Shown here piece after piece: positions 11,109 to 24,312 of a stretch of 64,000 bases of DNA; the stretch's first letter is position 1, and every line of letters starts with the position of its first letter. Position numbers and translations under genes: made by a program. This DNA is from Octopus vulgaris (taxonomy: Eukaryota): assembly GCA_951406725.2 (NCBI GenBank), contig OX597819.1, positions 131,812,001 to 131,876,000 of the forward strand, written 5' to 3'. The notes under the pieces are model-generated. The model saw nothing but the letters and a program-made list of their open reading frames with translations. It was not told where the DNA came from and made no database searches.

Positions 11109-14100
11109 AAACATTGCCAGCAAATGGCAGCAACTTTAAGTTCTTTTTAAAGAATTCTTGCAAGTTGTATTTCAAATACTAAAATGGTCCAACCATGGGA
11201 AAATCTTACTTTGCTTGGAAACAGGTGAAGCTTGGCAACAAGAAGAGCACCCAGTCTTATAAATTCTTTTCTATTCTAGGCAGAATAGGGGGAGGGTGTC
11301 AGTTGATTAGATTGACCCCAATATGCAACTGGTACTTAATTTATCAACCCCAAAAGGATGAAAGGTAAAGTTGACCTTGGCGGAATTTGAACTGAGAACA
11401 TAAAGATAGACGAAATACCACTTAGCATTTCGCCTGGTGTGCTAATGTTTCTGCCAGCTCATTGCCTTCAGTCATAGAAATTCTGACTCAGTTCTGTCAG
11501 GCCCTTGCAAGCATGGAAAAGGGAGCAGTAAAATAATGACAATCATGATGATTGCCCATTTAAGGATTTCACGCCATTAATGTCAGAACCACTGTAAACA
11601 GAGTCAAAAAGCTGCAAATTTACAAAGGAATAAAGTTGACTTAGTTGGCCCCAGTGTATGAGTGGTATTTTATGAACCCTAAAAAGAGGGCCCAGAGAGC
11701 TTAAAAATCCAAATATAAAACACCCTAACTCAATAATTTAGCAAAACAGTCGACCATTTCTGCTTGTGTGTTAATAATAGCAATTTGACTTTGGCACCAA
11801 GCCACAGGTCTTTAAATTACAATTAGATTTAATTGAATTGACCTTTGACTCGCGTTTGTAATTATTTCCAATTACTTTCTCAACCTAGAACGATTCAAAG
11901 TTGGACACAAGAAAAGGGACAAAGGGAGTAAATACCACAAGGTATTTAATCTGACAACCATTTCTGCCAAACTTAATAATTGTCTCTAATTAAAGCACAA
12001 GGTCAGCAATTTTGAGGGGAGGGGTTAGTCAAACCAATTGGCCCAAGGATTTCACTGGTACCTATTTCATCAACTTCATTATACCTACTGGCATTACATG
12101 TGTTATAGATGTGTGTATGTATATATATATATGAGGGGTGTATGAAAAGTCTTGAGCCTCAAAAAAAACAAAACATGGTACAAAACTCCTGATGAAGGTA
12201 CAAGATTTCAAGGCTCAAAGTCCTTGAAGGGTAAAAACTTTGCATTACAAAACTGAGTTTTTCAAGCTGAGACAATGTAAACTGAGTTTTTTCTCTTCCT
12301 GGTGGTATGTTAGCGAGTCCCTCCCGACCCACCAGCAGGTCCCTTTTAAAATTCTTTCCTATGGGCTTTCTGAGAGATATGGTATAGTGTAAAAATATTA
12401 TGCCACTCCTGTCAGAATTAAGATATCGTTCTGGGACCCTGGGATAAAACATAAAATGAGGCTCAGGAGCCAATCATCATCATCATCGTTTAACGTCCGC
12501 TTTCCATGCTGGTATGGGTTGGATGGTTCCCTTGGTTGTTCGTTATGGTTGCAAAATGATCCCTACTAGCAATTAAGATCCAGTGGCACATCCAAGATAT
12601 GACAGCTGGGGGGGGGGGGGAGAAAAGCACCATCACTTGGCTGGCACTCATTTACAGCCGAGTAGTGGGGTGGGGGTAATGTGGAATGAAGTGCCTTAAC
12701 AATGTGCCATCCAGTCCAAAAAGGAATTGATCTCATGACATTATGATCCAGAGTCAAACACCCTAACCACTCCACCATTTGCTTTCACAACATGTGTGCC
12801 ACTGGACTGGCTCCTGTGCAGGTGGCATGTAAAAAGCACTGTTTTCGAGTGTGGCTGTTGCCAGTACCACCTGACTGGCCCCCGTGCCGGTGGCACGTTA
12901 AAAGCAACCACTACTCTCTGGCGTTAGGAATGGCATCCAGCTGTAGAAACACCGCCAGATCAAACTGGAGCCTGGTGCAGCCTCCTAGCTTCCCAGACCC
13001 CAATTGAACCATCCAACCCATGCTAGCATGGAAAACGGACATTAAATGATGATGATGATGATGATTGTATGCACATACTTAGAAGAAATGCTAGGGCTTA
13101 ATTTAGTTGAACGAATATGGAATGGTAATTAGTTAACAAAAACAAGTTCTTTACAAGAGTTGATTTAAATCTTTAGCAGTTAAACTGGTCATATTTATCC
13201 CAAATATTTGAAGCAATCATAATTTTTCTGAACCTCTTGAACAGAAAGTGTTAAACGCTTTGTTTCTAATTTTTCCATTTCTAAAAATATGGACCAATTT
13301 TCTTGGGATTCAATGGTTTGTAATGGGAGAAATAGGCAGAGAAAAGATACCATTTGCCTGTGAGTTAGTGGTTGTAGATGGAGAGCAAATCTTTACCATA
13401 AAAGTCAGATGTATAGATAGGTGGGTATATTACATAAGGGTGTGTGTGTGTTGAGATATTACATAGGAGTGACAGCACTGTTGTAAGCAATCCTCTTGAC
13501 AGTGGCAATGGAATCCTGAAGAGGCTGAAACGCTGCTTTGCTAATGCTATAATACTACATGTGGGTTTACCATTAAAGACAGAAACTGAGAGACACAGCA
13601 GCACTTGAGTTTCAGCTATGTGCTGCTGCTGCTGCTTTGTGTGTCAAGGGAACCTAGGTGTATATAAGGAAGGTGGAATGCAAGACTGCTTCTCTGATAC
13701 GCAGTATGCATATTTTGGCACTGTGAGAGGATATTATTGAGGTGTCTGCTCGTGGAAACAGTGGGAAGTTAAGGAGCGAAGAAAGGTGGTAATCATTTGC
13801 ACAAAAATAGGTGTCGTTAGCACTAATAACAATTAGGTAATTAATATACAAAAAGGAAAAAATGTAGAAAACAAGTTGCAACAGAATGTCAGTAAGAGTC
13901 GAGAATGGAACCAACTCAAAAGGTAACTTCTGAAATAATGAGACATGTAGAGAGTCTTTGGGCCAGCAACTTTGTTAGCAAATTCTCAGGTGAAAAAGTA
14001 TTGCACTAAGCAACATTAATTGAAATATAGATGGGTATAATTATAATTAATACGTTTGTATAGACTTAAATATAGAGAGATCTTCACTGCAGAAATTGCC

Positions 14101-14621
14101 CCTGTAGACTATGTGTGCCAAAAACACATCACAGGGCTATGAATGATGTCAACAGAAACTAGAACACTTCATCAACTACAGACACCAAATCTATTGTTAC
14201 TAAGAACTGCTGTTTTTTATTTAAACAATTGTAAATTTTGTTGTTTCTGGGGAGAGTCCACTATAAATTTGCTGATGTATAAACAAACATATTAAACACA
14301 ATTGTGTGTGCGTGCACACATATCGACGTAGTTAAGAAGATTGCTTTACTGAGGTTAAAAAGGACAGTAGCCAACACCTACGTCACTATCTCAGATCAGT
14401 CAGAAGTGAAGCTCATTTGCTGCCAAAGGTTAACCAGTGTAAAATTGGTAGAATTGTTGGAACTTAATTAGCTAAGGTAAGATAACAGTTTAACAAACTT
14501 AGGCAGAAAATTTCAGGCAAGACTTTATCCTTTGTTCATTTTCAATTTAGCACCAATATTGTGAGGAATTATCTGTGAATAGATCTTAAAAGAGTTCACA
14601 AAAAAAAATCTAAGATTATAC

Positions 14622-14720
14622 CAATTCTTTAAGGATCACCCATTTAAGTACTAACTAGGCTCAATGTTGCTTAACTTCAGTGATAAGACAAAAACTGGTG
14701 CATTCAATGTGGTGCTGGTG
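14622..14720 (-). pseudogene. Decayed 5S rRNA copy
   Basis: Reverse complement accacattgaatgcaccagtttttgtcttatcactgaagttaagcaacattgagcctagttagtacttaaatgggtga is collinear with metazoan 5S rRNA (ACCACGTTGAA..CACCGGTTCTCGTCCGATCACCGAAGTTAAGCAACG..GTTAGTACTTGGATGGGTGACC). It has many CpG-type substitutions and eroded ends. Confidence 0.8.
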
Positions 14721-17354
14721 ACATGTAAAAAGCACCCAGTATACCCCCAATAAAGTGTTTGGCATTAGGAAGGGCATCCGGCCATAAAAACCATGCCAAA
14801 ACAGACAATGGAACTTGGTGTGGCTCCTGACCTAACCAGCTCCTATCAGACTAGCCAATCTAGGTCACCATGGAAACCAGATGTTAAATGATGATAAGAT
14901 CAGAAATTATTGATCTGTTTCGCATGATCAGTTTTAAAGGAGTGTTGATATAATTGATTAGACATTTCTTTATAAAAGATTTAAAGTCAAGACAGTGAAG
15001 ACAAACTTATGATGGAAATCATATCAAGTCCACCTCATAACTTTCTAAGGGACCCTGCTCCTTAGGGCCGGCACTACAGGGCATATACAGAATTATTACA
15101 GACTCATTGATGGTATCAGCATCATCGCTTATGTCCACTTTTTCCAAATGGGCATGGGTGGAATGGGATTTATTGGGGCAATATTGAGGATTCCCTCCTT
15201 GTCATCTACCCGTACCCATTTTTCAGGTATGGGTAGCCAATCCATCGTGTCAATGTAAATATATTTACTTTTGTGTTAAAAAGATTGTATAACATCTGCC
15301 CTTTTCAAGTTATTTTGTATCAGCTTCTCTCGCAACAAACTGTTGAGAGTTGTGCAAAAATTATGTTAGAAATGAACAAGTCTTGACTCAACATATTAAC
15401 AGTGAGATTCCTTAAGCAAACAAATGGTTATTTCATTCCTTTCATAAGCCACTTCCATTTAGAATGCAGAAGGGTTAAAATGCAATAAAGAAATAGAAGG
15501 GTTAAAATGCAACACATCTGAACCATCCGAATTAAAAATGTTAAATGAAAAGTGCCAAGAGCTGCCAAATGAAATTAAGCCGATTGCTAACGAACTTCTA
15601 CCATTTCAACCTCTCCAAAAATTTAATTGCATTAAATAAAATATAAGTATTACTGACATGATTCAAGACCTCTGGTGGTGATGACAGGTCTCTGTCTACA
15701 GGGGAGAGCATCAGCTCAAACAAGAACTGATTACAACAAGATACTACTAAATGTCATAACAAGGATGAAACGGGGGGTGGGGGTGGGGGGAGTGAAAAAA
15801 TGTTAAGTTTTAAGCTTCAGGCAGTTGTTTTGTTGGATTAATTCAAATAAATCATTTGAGCATCAACAAAAGGGAAGAGAAGGAAATGTTTTGAGGCAGA
15901 AGGAGTCCATGGGTAAAATGCAAAATCTAGAAACTGAATTAACCCTTTAAGTGTGAAATTAAATCTCATGATTATTCCAGTAAATAAATGATGATAAACA
16001 TCTTCCAAAAAATGGAACTGGTATTTTTCTGAAAGTCATTACTGCAATAAAATTGACAAATCAACAAAAAAAAAAGTTTCAAACACAACTAAACAAAAAA
16101 TAGACTGGTATGTAAAACTGCTTTCCACAGTTAAAGAGAATGAAATTCTGATTTCCGCAGTAAAAGGGTCAAAGGTTATCAGAAACAAAATTCTGAAGAG
16201 AAGCCAAGGTTGCCGGCTAAGAGATACACGATATAGGAACAATATATTTGGAAAGTCGATCGAGTTTATTATTGCCAAATGTGACAACCACTACTGATCT
16301 ACAGTAGTGAAGCCATATTTTCGATAACATCTGTTTAAGGTTGGGTGCTGTTAAATAAATAAAATGGCCGCAGAAAGTCAACTTTAAATTTGGAAGAGGA
16401 CGAAATCTCCAGTTAATTATTGTCTCGGAAAATGTTATTAACTAAAAAAAAAAAATAATGAATCAATAATAAATGAAAAGAGAATTAATGTTACTGGTAA
16501 ATAAAATAAAAAGATATTCCAGGCAATAACATAATAGATTCCATCATATAACCACCAATTGTTGGCATAGTTACAGTGGGGGGGGAGATCTATTGATCTG
16601 TATGAACTGTACAGACATTGCTATGAAGTTCACTGAAATAATTGGCAATGCTTGATGATGGGGAAACGGAAGGGAGTCTGCGAGAGAGGGGGAGAGAGAG
16701 AGAGTGAATGAGTGTGTGAGAAAGAGAGTGTACGATGAGGATTGCTGAGCCTGCGTCAATGATACAAATAGACACAAGTGCAGGAAATTATGGTGTGTGC
16801 ACAACAAATTGGCAACATGCGCATACCTCTGTACTAAACCATGACTTTAGAAGTCAAACAATCACACACACACACACGCAGTCACACACGCACATGCAGT
16901 CACAAACACACACAGTCACACACACACACACGCAGTCACACACACGCACAGTATTTAGTCATTTCCCACCCATACCAACCCGTCAACAAAGAGATCCTCT
17001 GTCTCTATTGTTATAAACCTAACAGTCAGATGGGGGGTGGTACTGGAGTTTCTATAACTGCAGCTGTTGTCAGACTGAAACAAACCGTTGCTATTATGTA
17101 TGCATTTTTTTCTTTTTCAATATTTATATTTGCAAGAGTCAGTCCTTTTGGTCAAACTATTGTATCTCCTGCTGCTTCAGATGCCAAGATATCAAAAACT
17201 GTCAAAGTGTAGTAGAATGGTTTTGCTATGGAATGGTGAAACTATTTTTTCCTTTTCTGAAACTTACAACACTTTTGCATAATAACAACGAAATGAATGC
17301 TGAAGAAATTTTAGATGACCAAAAATAATAATTTTATCTAGTCATCTTGTATTT

Positions 17355-17716
17355 TTTACTTGTTTCAATCATTATACTGTGGCCATGTTGGGGCACCGCC
17401 TTGAATTTCTTGTTGAATGAATCGGCTCCAGAACTTTTTTGCTTTTTTAAGCCTGGCACTTAATTGGTCTCTTTTGCTGAACTGCTAGGTTACAGTGATG
17501 TAAACACACCAACACCGGTTATCAAATGGTGTGGGAGGGGACAGGCAAACACAGCACACACACACACAATGGGATTCTTTTAGTTTCCATCTACCAAATC
17601 CACTCACAAGGCTTTGATTGGCCCGAGGCTATAAAAGACAGTTGCCCAAGGTGCCCCACACGGAACTGAACCCAGAACCATGTGGTTGGGAAGCATACTT
17701 CTTACCACACAGCTAT
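17355..17716 (-). mobile_element. SINE family A, diverged
   Basis: Same head and tail motifs; another diverged copy at about 18198-18560. Confidence 0.8.
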
Positions 17717-18949
17717 GTCATGATGACAACAATGATTTAAAACACTTTTGAGGAACAAACGCTTCTCTTCCCCGTCCCTCCCCCATAATCTGGCAGAAGA
17801 GTTTAGAATATAGCAAGTAGCAGTTGTTTCGCTTTGCCATGGCTACGAGAGATATCAGACCCAAATAGTCTAGAGAAGTTAACAACCCTAGTTGTGACCT
17901 TGACAGGTTAAATAAAAAGTCAACTCTTCAACACGGTTGACCTTTCAATATGAAAGCTCTTGCGCTGGGGGGGGGAGAAAACCAAAAACGAAAACCAATT
18001 AAATCTCTTGTATTTTTACTATTGTTGACTTCCTCAATTGATGTCATTTCAAAAAAAAAAATATTACAAAATGTTGAGATTAAAACCTGTGAGTTTACTT
18101 GGAACATTCCCATTGAAACAGAAGCAAAGATTACGGGGGGGGGGGGACGAAATATTGCAATGGAAAAGTAAATGCAAAACATATTTAAGGTTTTTGTTTT
18201 ATTTCAGTCATAGGACTTGTGGCCATGCTGGGGCACAGCCTTGAAGGATTGGATGTGACCAAATCAACCTCAGGAATTAGTTTTAAATCTGGCACTCATT
18301 CTGTCTGACTTTTTGATGGACAGCTAAGTAATGGGGATGTAAACAAACCAACACCGGTTGTCAAGCAGTGGTAAGGGACAACCACAACACAGACATACAT
18401 ATATGTCGGGCTTCTACACAATATCTGTCGACCAAATTCACTCAAGGCATTGGTCAGACCAGGACTATAGAAGACTCTTGTCCCAGGTGCTGTGCAGTGG
18501 GACTGAACACAAAGCTACATGGTTGCAAAGCAAATTTCTTTACCACACAGTCACGCTTCTGCATACAAAATGCAACTGCATCGGTTTTGTCATCCAGTCT
18601 AACACTGAAACATTCAGGGACTTTGGTAAATCTATTTTGAAAAAATTTGTTTTAAATGGCATTGAACCAGGATTCTTACTTTTATGGATGGTCAGTTGGT
18701 TCCATGGAAGAATCAATATTGAACTTGTCTAAAAGAGATTAAGTCCCTGTTGATTCTAGCATTGAGGGGTTTCACTAATTTTACTAAAGACAAAGTATGT
18801 TACATGAAATGACTCCTTGATTTTAAATCTTCTTACAAAAGAATAAATTTTTAAAATTCTTTTTCTAAAATTTACAATAACATGAATCTTTTACTCATTT
18901 TCATAGTCTTAACACTAAAAATTCATTTCAGGTGTCATTTCAATTTCCA

Positions 18950-19504
18950 ACTGGGCCTCACGGAGGCAAAGTGGTCGAGTTCCTTTCGAATGTCAGGCCT
19001 CATGAAGGCAAAGCAGTTGAGTTCCTTTCAAGCACTGGGCCTCACGGAGGCAAGGTGGCCGAGTTCCTTTTGAGTGTCGGGCCTCACAGAGGCAAAGTGG
19101 TCGAGTTCCTTTCGAATGTCGGGCCTCACGGAGGCAAAGCAGTTGAGTTTCTTTCAAGCACTGGGCCTCACAGAGACAAAGTGGCTGAGTTCCTTTCAAG
19201 TAACAGGCCTCATGGTGACAATAGCCAAGACCTTTGGCAAAAATTGCAGTCATGGCAGATACTGGTGTCACACAAATTGGCATGTGAATGCATCCCGGTG
19301 TCATGCAAATGGCACCCATGCCAGTGGAACATAAAAGCACCCATTACACTCTGTAAAGTGGTTAGCATTAGGAAGGGCATCAAGCCATAGAAAATCATGC
19401 CAAATCAGACCGGAGTCTGGTGCAGCTTTGCGGCTTGCCAGCCCAGTCAAACCGTCCAACCCATGCCAGCATGGACAACGGACGCTAAATGATGATGATG
19501 ATGA
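18950..19504 (+). mobile_element. SINE family B variant with six tandem ~42-bp units
   Basis: Unit gggcctcacggaggcaaagtggtcgagttcctttcgaatgtc occurs six times (18952-19212), followed by the family B tail. Confidence 0.88.
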
Positions 19505-19595
19505 ATTACATGAATTGCATTTAGTTTTCGTAAATTTTACTGAATTCCATTATTTGGTATTTTATGTAGTTTTCTAGTTTTCTTAAAATGCTTAC

Positions 19596-19631
19596 GTCCA
19601 CCAAGAAAGACAGTAAAACCATTTTCTGGTG
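19596..19631 (-). CDS. Possible 36-nt alternative exon (APENGFTVFLGG)
   Basis: Minus strand reads gacttcag|CACCAGAAAATGGTTTTACTGTCTTTCTTGGTGGAC|gtaagc. It is frame-preserving and open in phase 1, but lies only 34 nt from the upstream exon's donor. Confidence 0.35.
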
Positions 19632-19665
19632 CTGAAGTCAAAATTAATAAAATAAAAGAACTCAC

Positions 19666-19809
19666 CAGCAGTTTGATTGTTAATAACAAGGCCTTTGTGC
19701 TCCCCACCACCAATGTGAGCGACTTTTTGGTCTTCAAATGTTAACCGTTTCTTCCTCTCGATTTTGATATGAGTGGCTTCTCCTTTCTTGGTTGGAGTCA
19801 TAACAATAT
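19666..19809 (-). CDS. Internal coding exon (144 nt, phase 1 to 1) of an unidentified host gene
   Basis: Minus strand reads tttttccttttccttttag|ATATTGTTATGACTCCA...ACTGCTG|gtgagt, with a strong polypyrimidine acceptor and a consensus donor. The open frame xIVMTPTKKGEATHIKIERKKRLTFEDQKVAHIGGGEHKGLVINNQTA is protein-like and non-repetitive, and is phase-compatible with exon 10128-10213. Confidence 0.88.
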
Positions 19810-20769
19810 CTAAAAGGAAAAGGAAAAAAAAGAAAAAACACTTTATAAATTTCTTGAATTCTAACAGTCAGGATATAACAATCAAGAATTAAAATTAAAA
19901 AATGTGGCTCAAATAAGTCCATACTGATAACAAGAAATCTTTTTTTTTCTTCTTTTTAAAGAAACAATACAGATAATGATTAATTCAGAACATTTAAAGG
20001 AAGTCTGTGAAATTTGAATAAATATTTACTCAAAAGAAAAATACTTAGTAAATTCATTATCGTTAATCCATAATTATTCCAGTCGATTTCTTTCAGCCAA
20101 ACAAAAAACGGTTAAACATTAAAACAAGAAAACAAAATGTCAGTCAATGGCAGTCGTGACACCATTTGGAAACAAAATGAATCATTTTTAAATCTAGGAA
20201 AAGGATAAATATACATCAATGCAGGGAATGCCATCAATGAAAGCCAGTTTCCCCAACCAAAGGGGAACTTTGAATGATATTTGAACACCAATTATATCCT
20301 GCTGAGTACAACTAACAGAGGTTCATGACTGACGGAAAGCTTTACATCAGTTCAAATGACAGTAGCTGCCTGGGGTCCATTAAATTCTATTACCTAAAAA
20401 AGACTTTTTGCCGTCAGGATTTAATTAGTGCAGGAGATGAAATTAATTTTGTATGTTACACTAATTAGTACTAACAGTGTCAAAAGTTCCAATTAGTCAG
20501 TGGGAATTGAGAAAAAAAAATATTGCTGCTTCATAAAGAAGCTCTTAAAATACAAAAATAAAAACTCTGTGATGCACAAACCAAGTATGTGAGAGTGCAA
20601 TGGAAGAGAGGAGAAATCTCTTTGAAATCTCTTTGACAACTGTAAACACCAAGAAGATTCTTTGGTTATTTGATGAGAATATATTAAGAAATATAATAAA
20701 TATTAAGTCACTTGGTATCAGCTACCTTAGATGAAGCAAGGAATATTAACTTGTTTTAGAGTTTTTCAA

Positions 20770-22270
20770 CCTAGTTGACATCCTTTGTAGGTGATTTCAA
20801 CTCTTGAGTGGGCTGTGAGCCAAAGAGGAGAAAATGGTAAGCGTTTTGAAATTTTGGACAAGGTTTTCTGATAGAATATGTTTGGTTCTTCAATGAAAAT
20901 CTTCAACCTTCCGAAAAAATGGTCACTGATCAGTTGTTGCTCAACTCAAAAGGTCTGACAATTTTAAAATTATTTTAGACCCTATTTTTTCATGAACATC
21001 CCATTTATCAATATTGTTACCAACACACCATCTGATGGAATCCCTATAATGGTTGGTAGAGACAGATTTCTCCTTCTAAAACATGAAATTTCACACCCTG
21101 TTTTAGTAATTCTCTTTGTGGCTCACCAACAATGTTTAATGACTAAAACAATAAACAGCTGGTTCAACGATGCTCTGAAGTTATGAAAATGGTAAACAAA
21201 TTCCATTTTTTGTCTTAGTTTACTGCTACAGAAAAAAGGATTGCAATTGATTAGGAAAAGGAATGGCAAAGATGAGATGCGGTTTTTGTATCAAGAAGAG
21301 ACACAACTGATGCCATTTTCCTAATGAGACAACTGCAAAAGAAATACCTGGCTAGATGTAAGCCTCTATACCTTGCATTCTTAGACTTGGAGATGGCTTT
21401 CAACAGGGTACCTCACTTTATCATTTGGTAGTCAGTAAGGAAGCTAAGGGTCAATGAAAGGCTGCAAGGATCATCCAAGATATGTACAGCAAGGTGAGCA
21501 TTAACAATGAGTCCAGTAACAAAATGGACATACAGGTAAGGGGTCTCATTAGAACTCAGTGTTCAGGGTTTCCCAGCCATAACAGAGGAGTTAAAGACTG
21601 GCTGGCTGTGGAAATGTTTGCATACTGATGACTTTGTTCTTATAGCAGAATCTGTGAAAGGTTTGAAGAAGAAATTCCAGACAAAAAAGATAATCTCAAG
21701 ATGCTGAACCTTACAAAAGAGATGAGAAGGGATCACAGCAACTGGTGACATGTTGGGCTGGAGAAGACTCAATTCTCTCAAACAAGGTTGGCTAAAGAGG
21801 GAAGTGTATGTTGGTGGCTGGAATGCTCTCACAGCTCCCCAACACCTTGTCTTTCTTCCTCTCAAAGCCCACTCCCCACAAGTTTTCATCTTTCCCTTCT
21901 CTGATCCACCTCCATGACCCTCCACACCTCACTTCAATGACCCTCTGCCCACAGCCCCACATCTCCTTTCCTGCACCTTTCCTCATGCCTTCTGTTCTTA
22001 TTCACAAACAAAATGTGGGTTAGCACTGGATCCCTACTCAAACCACCATTACTATGCCCCCCCTCTCTCACTAACCCCTGATACTACTCTTCCCCCTGTC
22101 CATTCCAGAATCCTTTGCTCCCTACCAACAGTATCTATTCTGTTTCTCTTTCTCTCTCTCTCTCTCCACCCTCTCAAAACTATCTTCTTTTCATATTTTA
22201 CCTTCTCTCATCACCTCACCCAAAGTCATCTCTCTCTCTCCCCTTATTCTCCTTTAGTTGCATGGACTCT
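20770..22270 (+). mobile_element. Decayed RTE-clade LINE (endonuclease traces, RT, 3' UTR)
   Basis: Manual translation gives VGDFNS*VG and ENGKRF near 20780-20860, and TTDAIFLMRQLQKKYLARCKPLYLAFLDLEMAFNRVP at about 21300-21415, with stops and frameshifts, then a pyrimidine-rich 3' region. Confidence 0.8.
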
Positions 22271-23605
22271 TTAGTCTTGCCAGTTATAAAGCAACCTCAA
22301 TGTGAAAAAGCCACCTCGTCCCCGTCCCCACCCCACCCCCCATATGCTCTGTGAACCAAGTAGAGAGAATGCAGGGTTGAAAGGGTTCTTTAGTCTCGCA
22401 GGGAACAAAACAGTATCTCTACTGTTGGAGGCCAAAAGAAATTCACTCAGTCCACTCAATGAAGTGGTTGGCATATTAGGAAGGGCATCCAGCCATAGAA
22501 ACCATTCCAAATCAGAGATACTGGAGCAGGATACATCCTGTCAGTGTGGCCGATTCCAGCATAGAAAGTGAATGCAAAATGATGATGTGTCTTCACAACG
22601 ATAATGACTGAGACTTTCTTTTACCAAACTATAAAGTATGATGGTTCTCAAATTGCAACCGTGTTTTTCATTGTTGTCAAGCTGTTAAATACAGTCATAG
22701 ACGTTTTTCAAAACTCTCCACAATCTGCTTCTTTGGTGGGTTTTTTTTTCTCTCAGTGACATATTCAAACTTAATGACCTTCATGTTGTTGGTACAAGGA
22801 AAAAAAAAAAAAATGCTTTTTTGATTGATTTTATTTTCAAGTTGGGACCATACAAGACAAAGCTTTCTCGGCATCAACTCTACTAATTTCAATAACTGGA
22901 GAGTTTGAAAAGTGAATTGATTGATGAGAATATAATCAAGTACTGTGACTATTTACAATCATTGCTTAACAACATGGTACAGAGATTCTATGATATTGCA
23001 TTTCCATATTGGAATGAAAGTTATGACGACTCAGAATGACTACGGTGAGATGTCTATCACTGAGGGGATGAAATTAAGTTGAAACAGCAGTGTCTGATGG
23101 TCCACTGATACCATTCTGAGTGAGCTGTGTTCTAAGTTTCTTCAGGGCTAAATCATACAGCTAGTGTCATTCTGTTTCTAACTATATTATGAGAGATATA
23201 ATTGAGACACGCGCACACACACAATTCTTGCATTGTCTATTGCATTTTGATTATAGCAACCACCTTGAAGTACAAGTGGTTGACTGCAAACTCAACATAC
23301 AATGAGAATTAACAGAATTACTAAATGACAGTGCTGCCCAAATATATCAGCTTCACAGAAAACAAAATATGTTCAAATTTTATCCCCGAATCTATTGAGG
23401 CACTTACAGATGATTTCGCTTGCCATCCTAATGCCCTACTTAGTAAAAACTGGTTTCAGCCACATCAGTATCTTGCTGTCTAAAAGCAAATGCAGACAAA
23501 ACATAACGAAATGAGGTGAATTGTGTTTAAAGATGACTCATTCTGAACCCAAAGTGTCTGCATTAACTGTATCACACCAGCCACAAGACATTCATATCTA
23601 AAAAC

Positions 23606-23650
<45 letters not shown>

Positions 23651-23835
23651 CCAAATGTTTGATGTCCTGACTTCACATTACTTTTCTAAAGAGAATGGTA
23701 TGTTGTTGAGTCACCAAAACAGAAGAAGAAAGAACAAAAGATGAAAGCTTTACTTCTCAAATCAACCGAAAATATTTATTGTCAACTTCACTTGACCAGA
23801 AAGCTGTTAATTTCAGATGATGAATATTTCATTCA

Positions 23836-23883
<48 letters not shown>

Positions 23884-24312
23884 AATAATAATAATAATAC
23901 TTACCCTCACTTAAAAGTAAATGTAGTGTTGTTAACACACAAAACTTATTTACCTTGAGAAGGATCTCTCATATGGACTTGTGCAGCATACACGCATCCA
24001 CTAGTGAGTGCTTATATGCACCACAAGTCCACATGAAAGGTTCTCTCATGATAACTATCGTAGTATTCTGTGTTCTAACACAACATCTACTTTTAAGTGG
24101 GGATAAATTTTTGTTATTAATACAGCTCCTGTCACTCTTCATTTTATATTTATTTATATATATATATATAATTCCGTTAGAGGTTATGTTAGCCTCATGA
24201 AGGCATGGTTCCATCCAACGAAATACTGGTTCAATACCTAATATTTTGAAGGGGAATTGATTTCCTTAAAATAGTAGGTTTGTATATAAACTGTAGTTTA
24301 TATTCATATAAA

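Noticed and set aside
13512-13540. CTGAAGAggctGAAAcg
   Set aside because: No room for stem II and no stem I partner.
18932-19390. 152-aa repetitive ORF (GPHGGKVVEFLS...) and CRISPR-like periodicity
   Set aside because: Units are contiguous tandem repeats without unique spacers, lie inside a SINE, and have no cas genes nearby in a eukaryotic context. The ORF results from the 42-bp period.
23895-23915. Strong minus-strand donor (gtaagta) after a 5-nt segment
   Set aside because: Needs a rare AAG acceptor and is not frame-preserving; unsupported.
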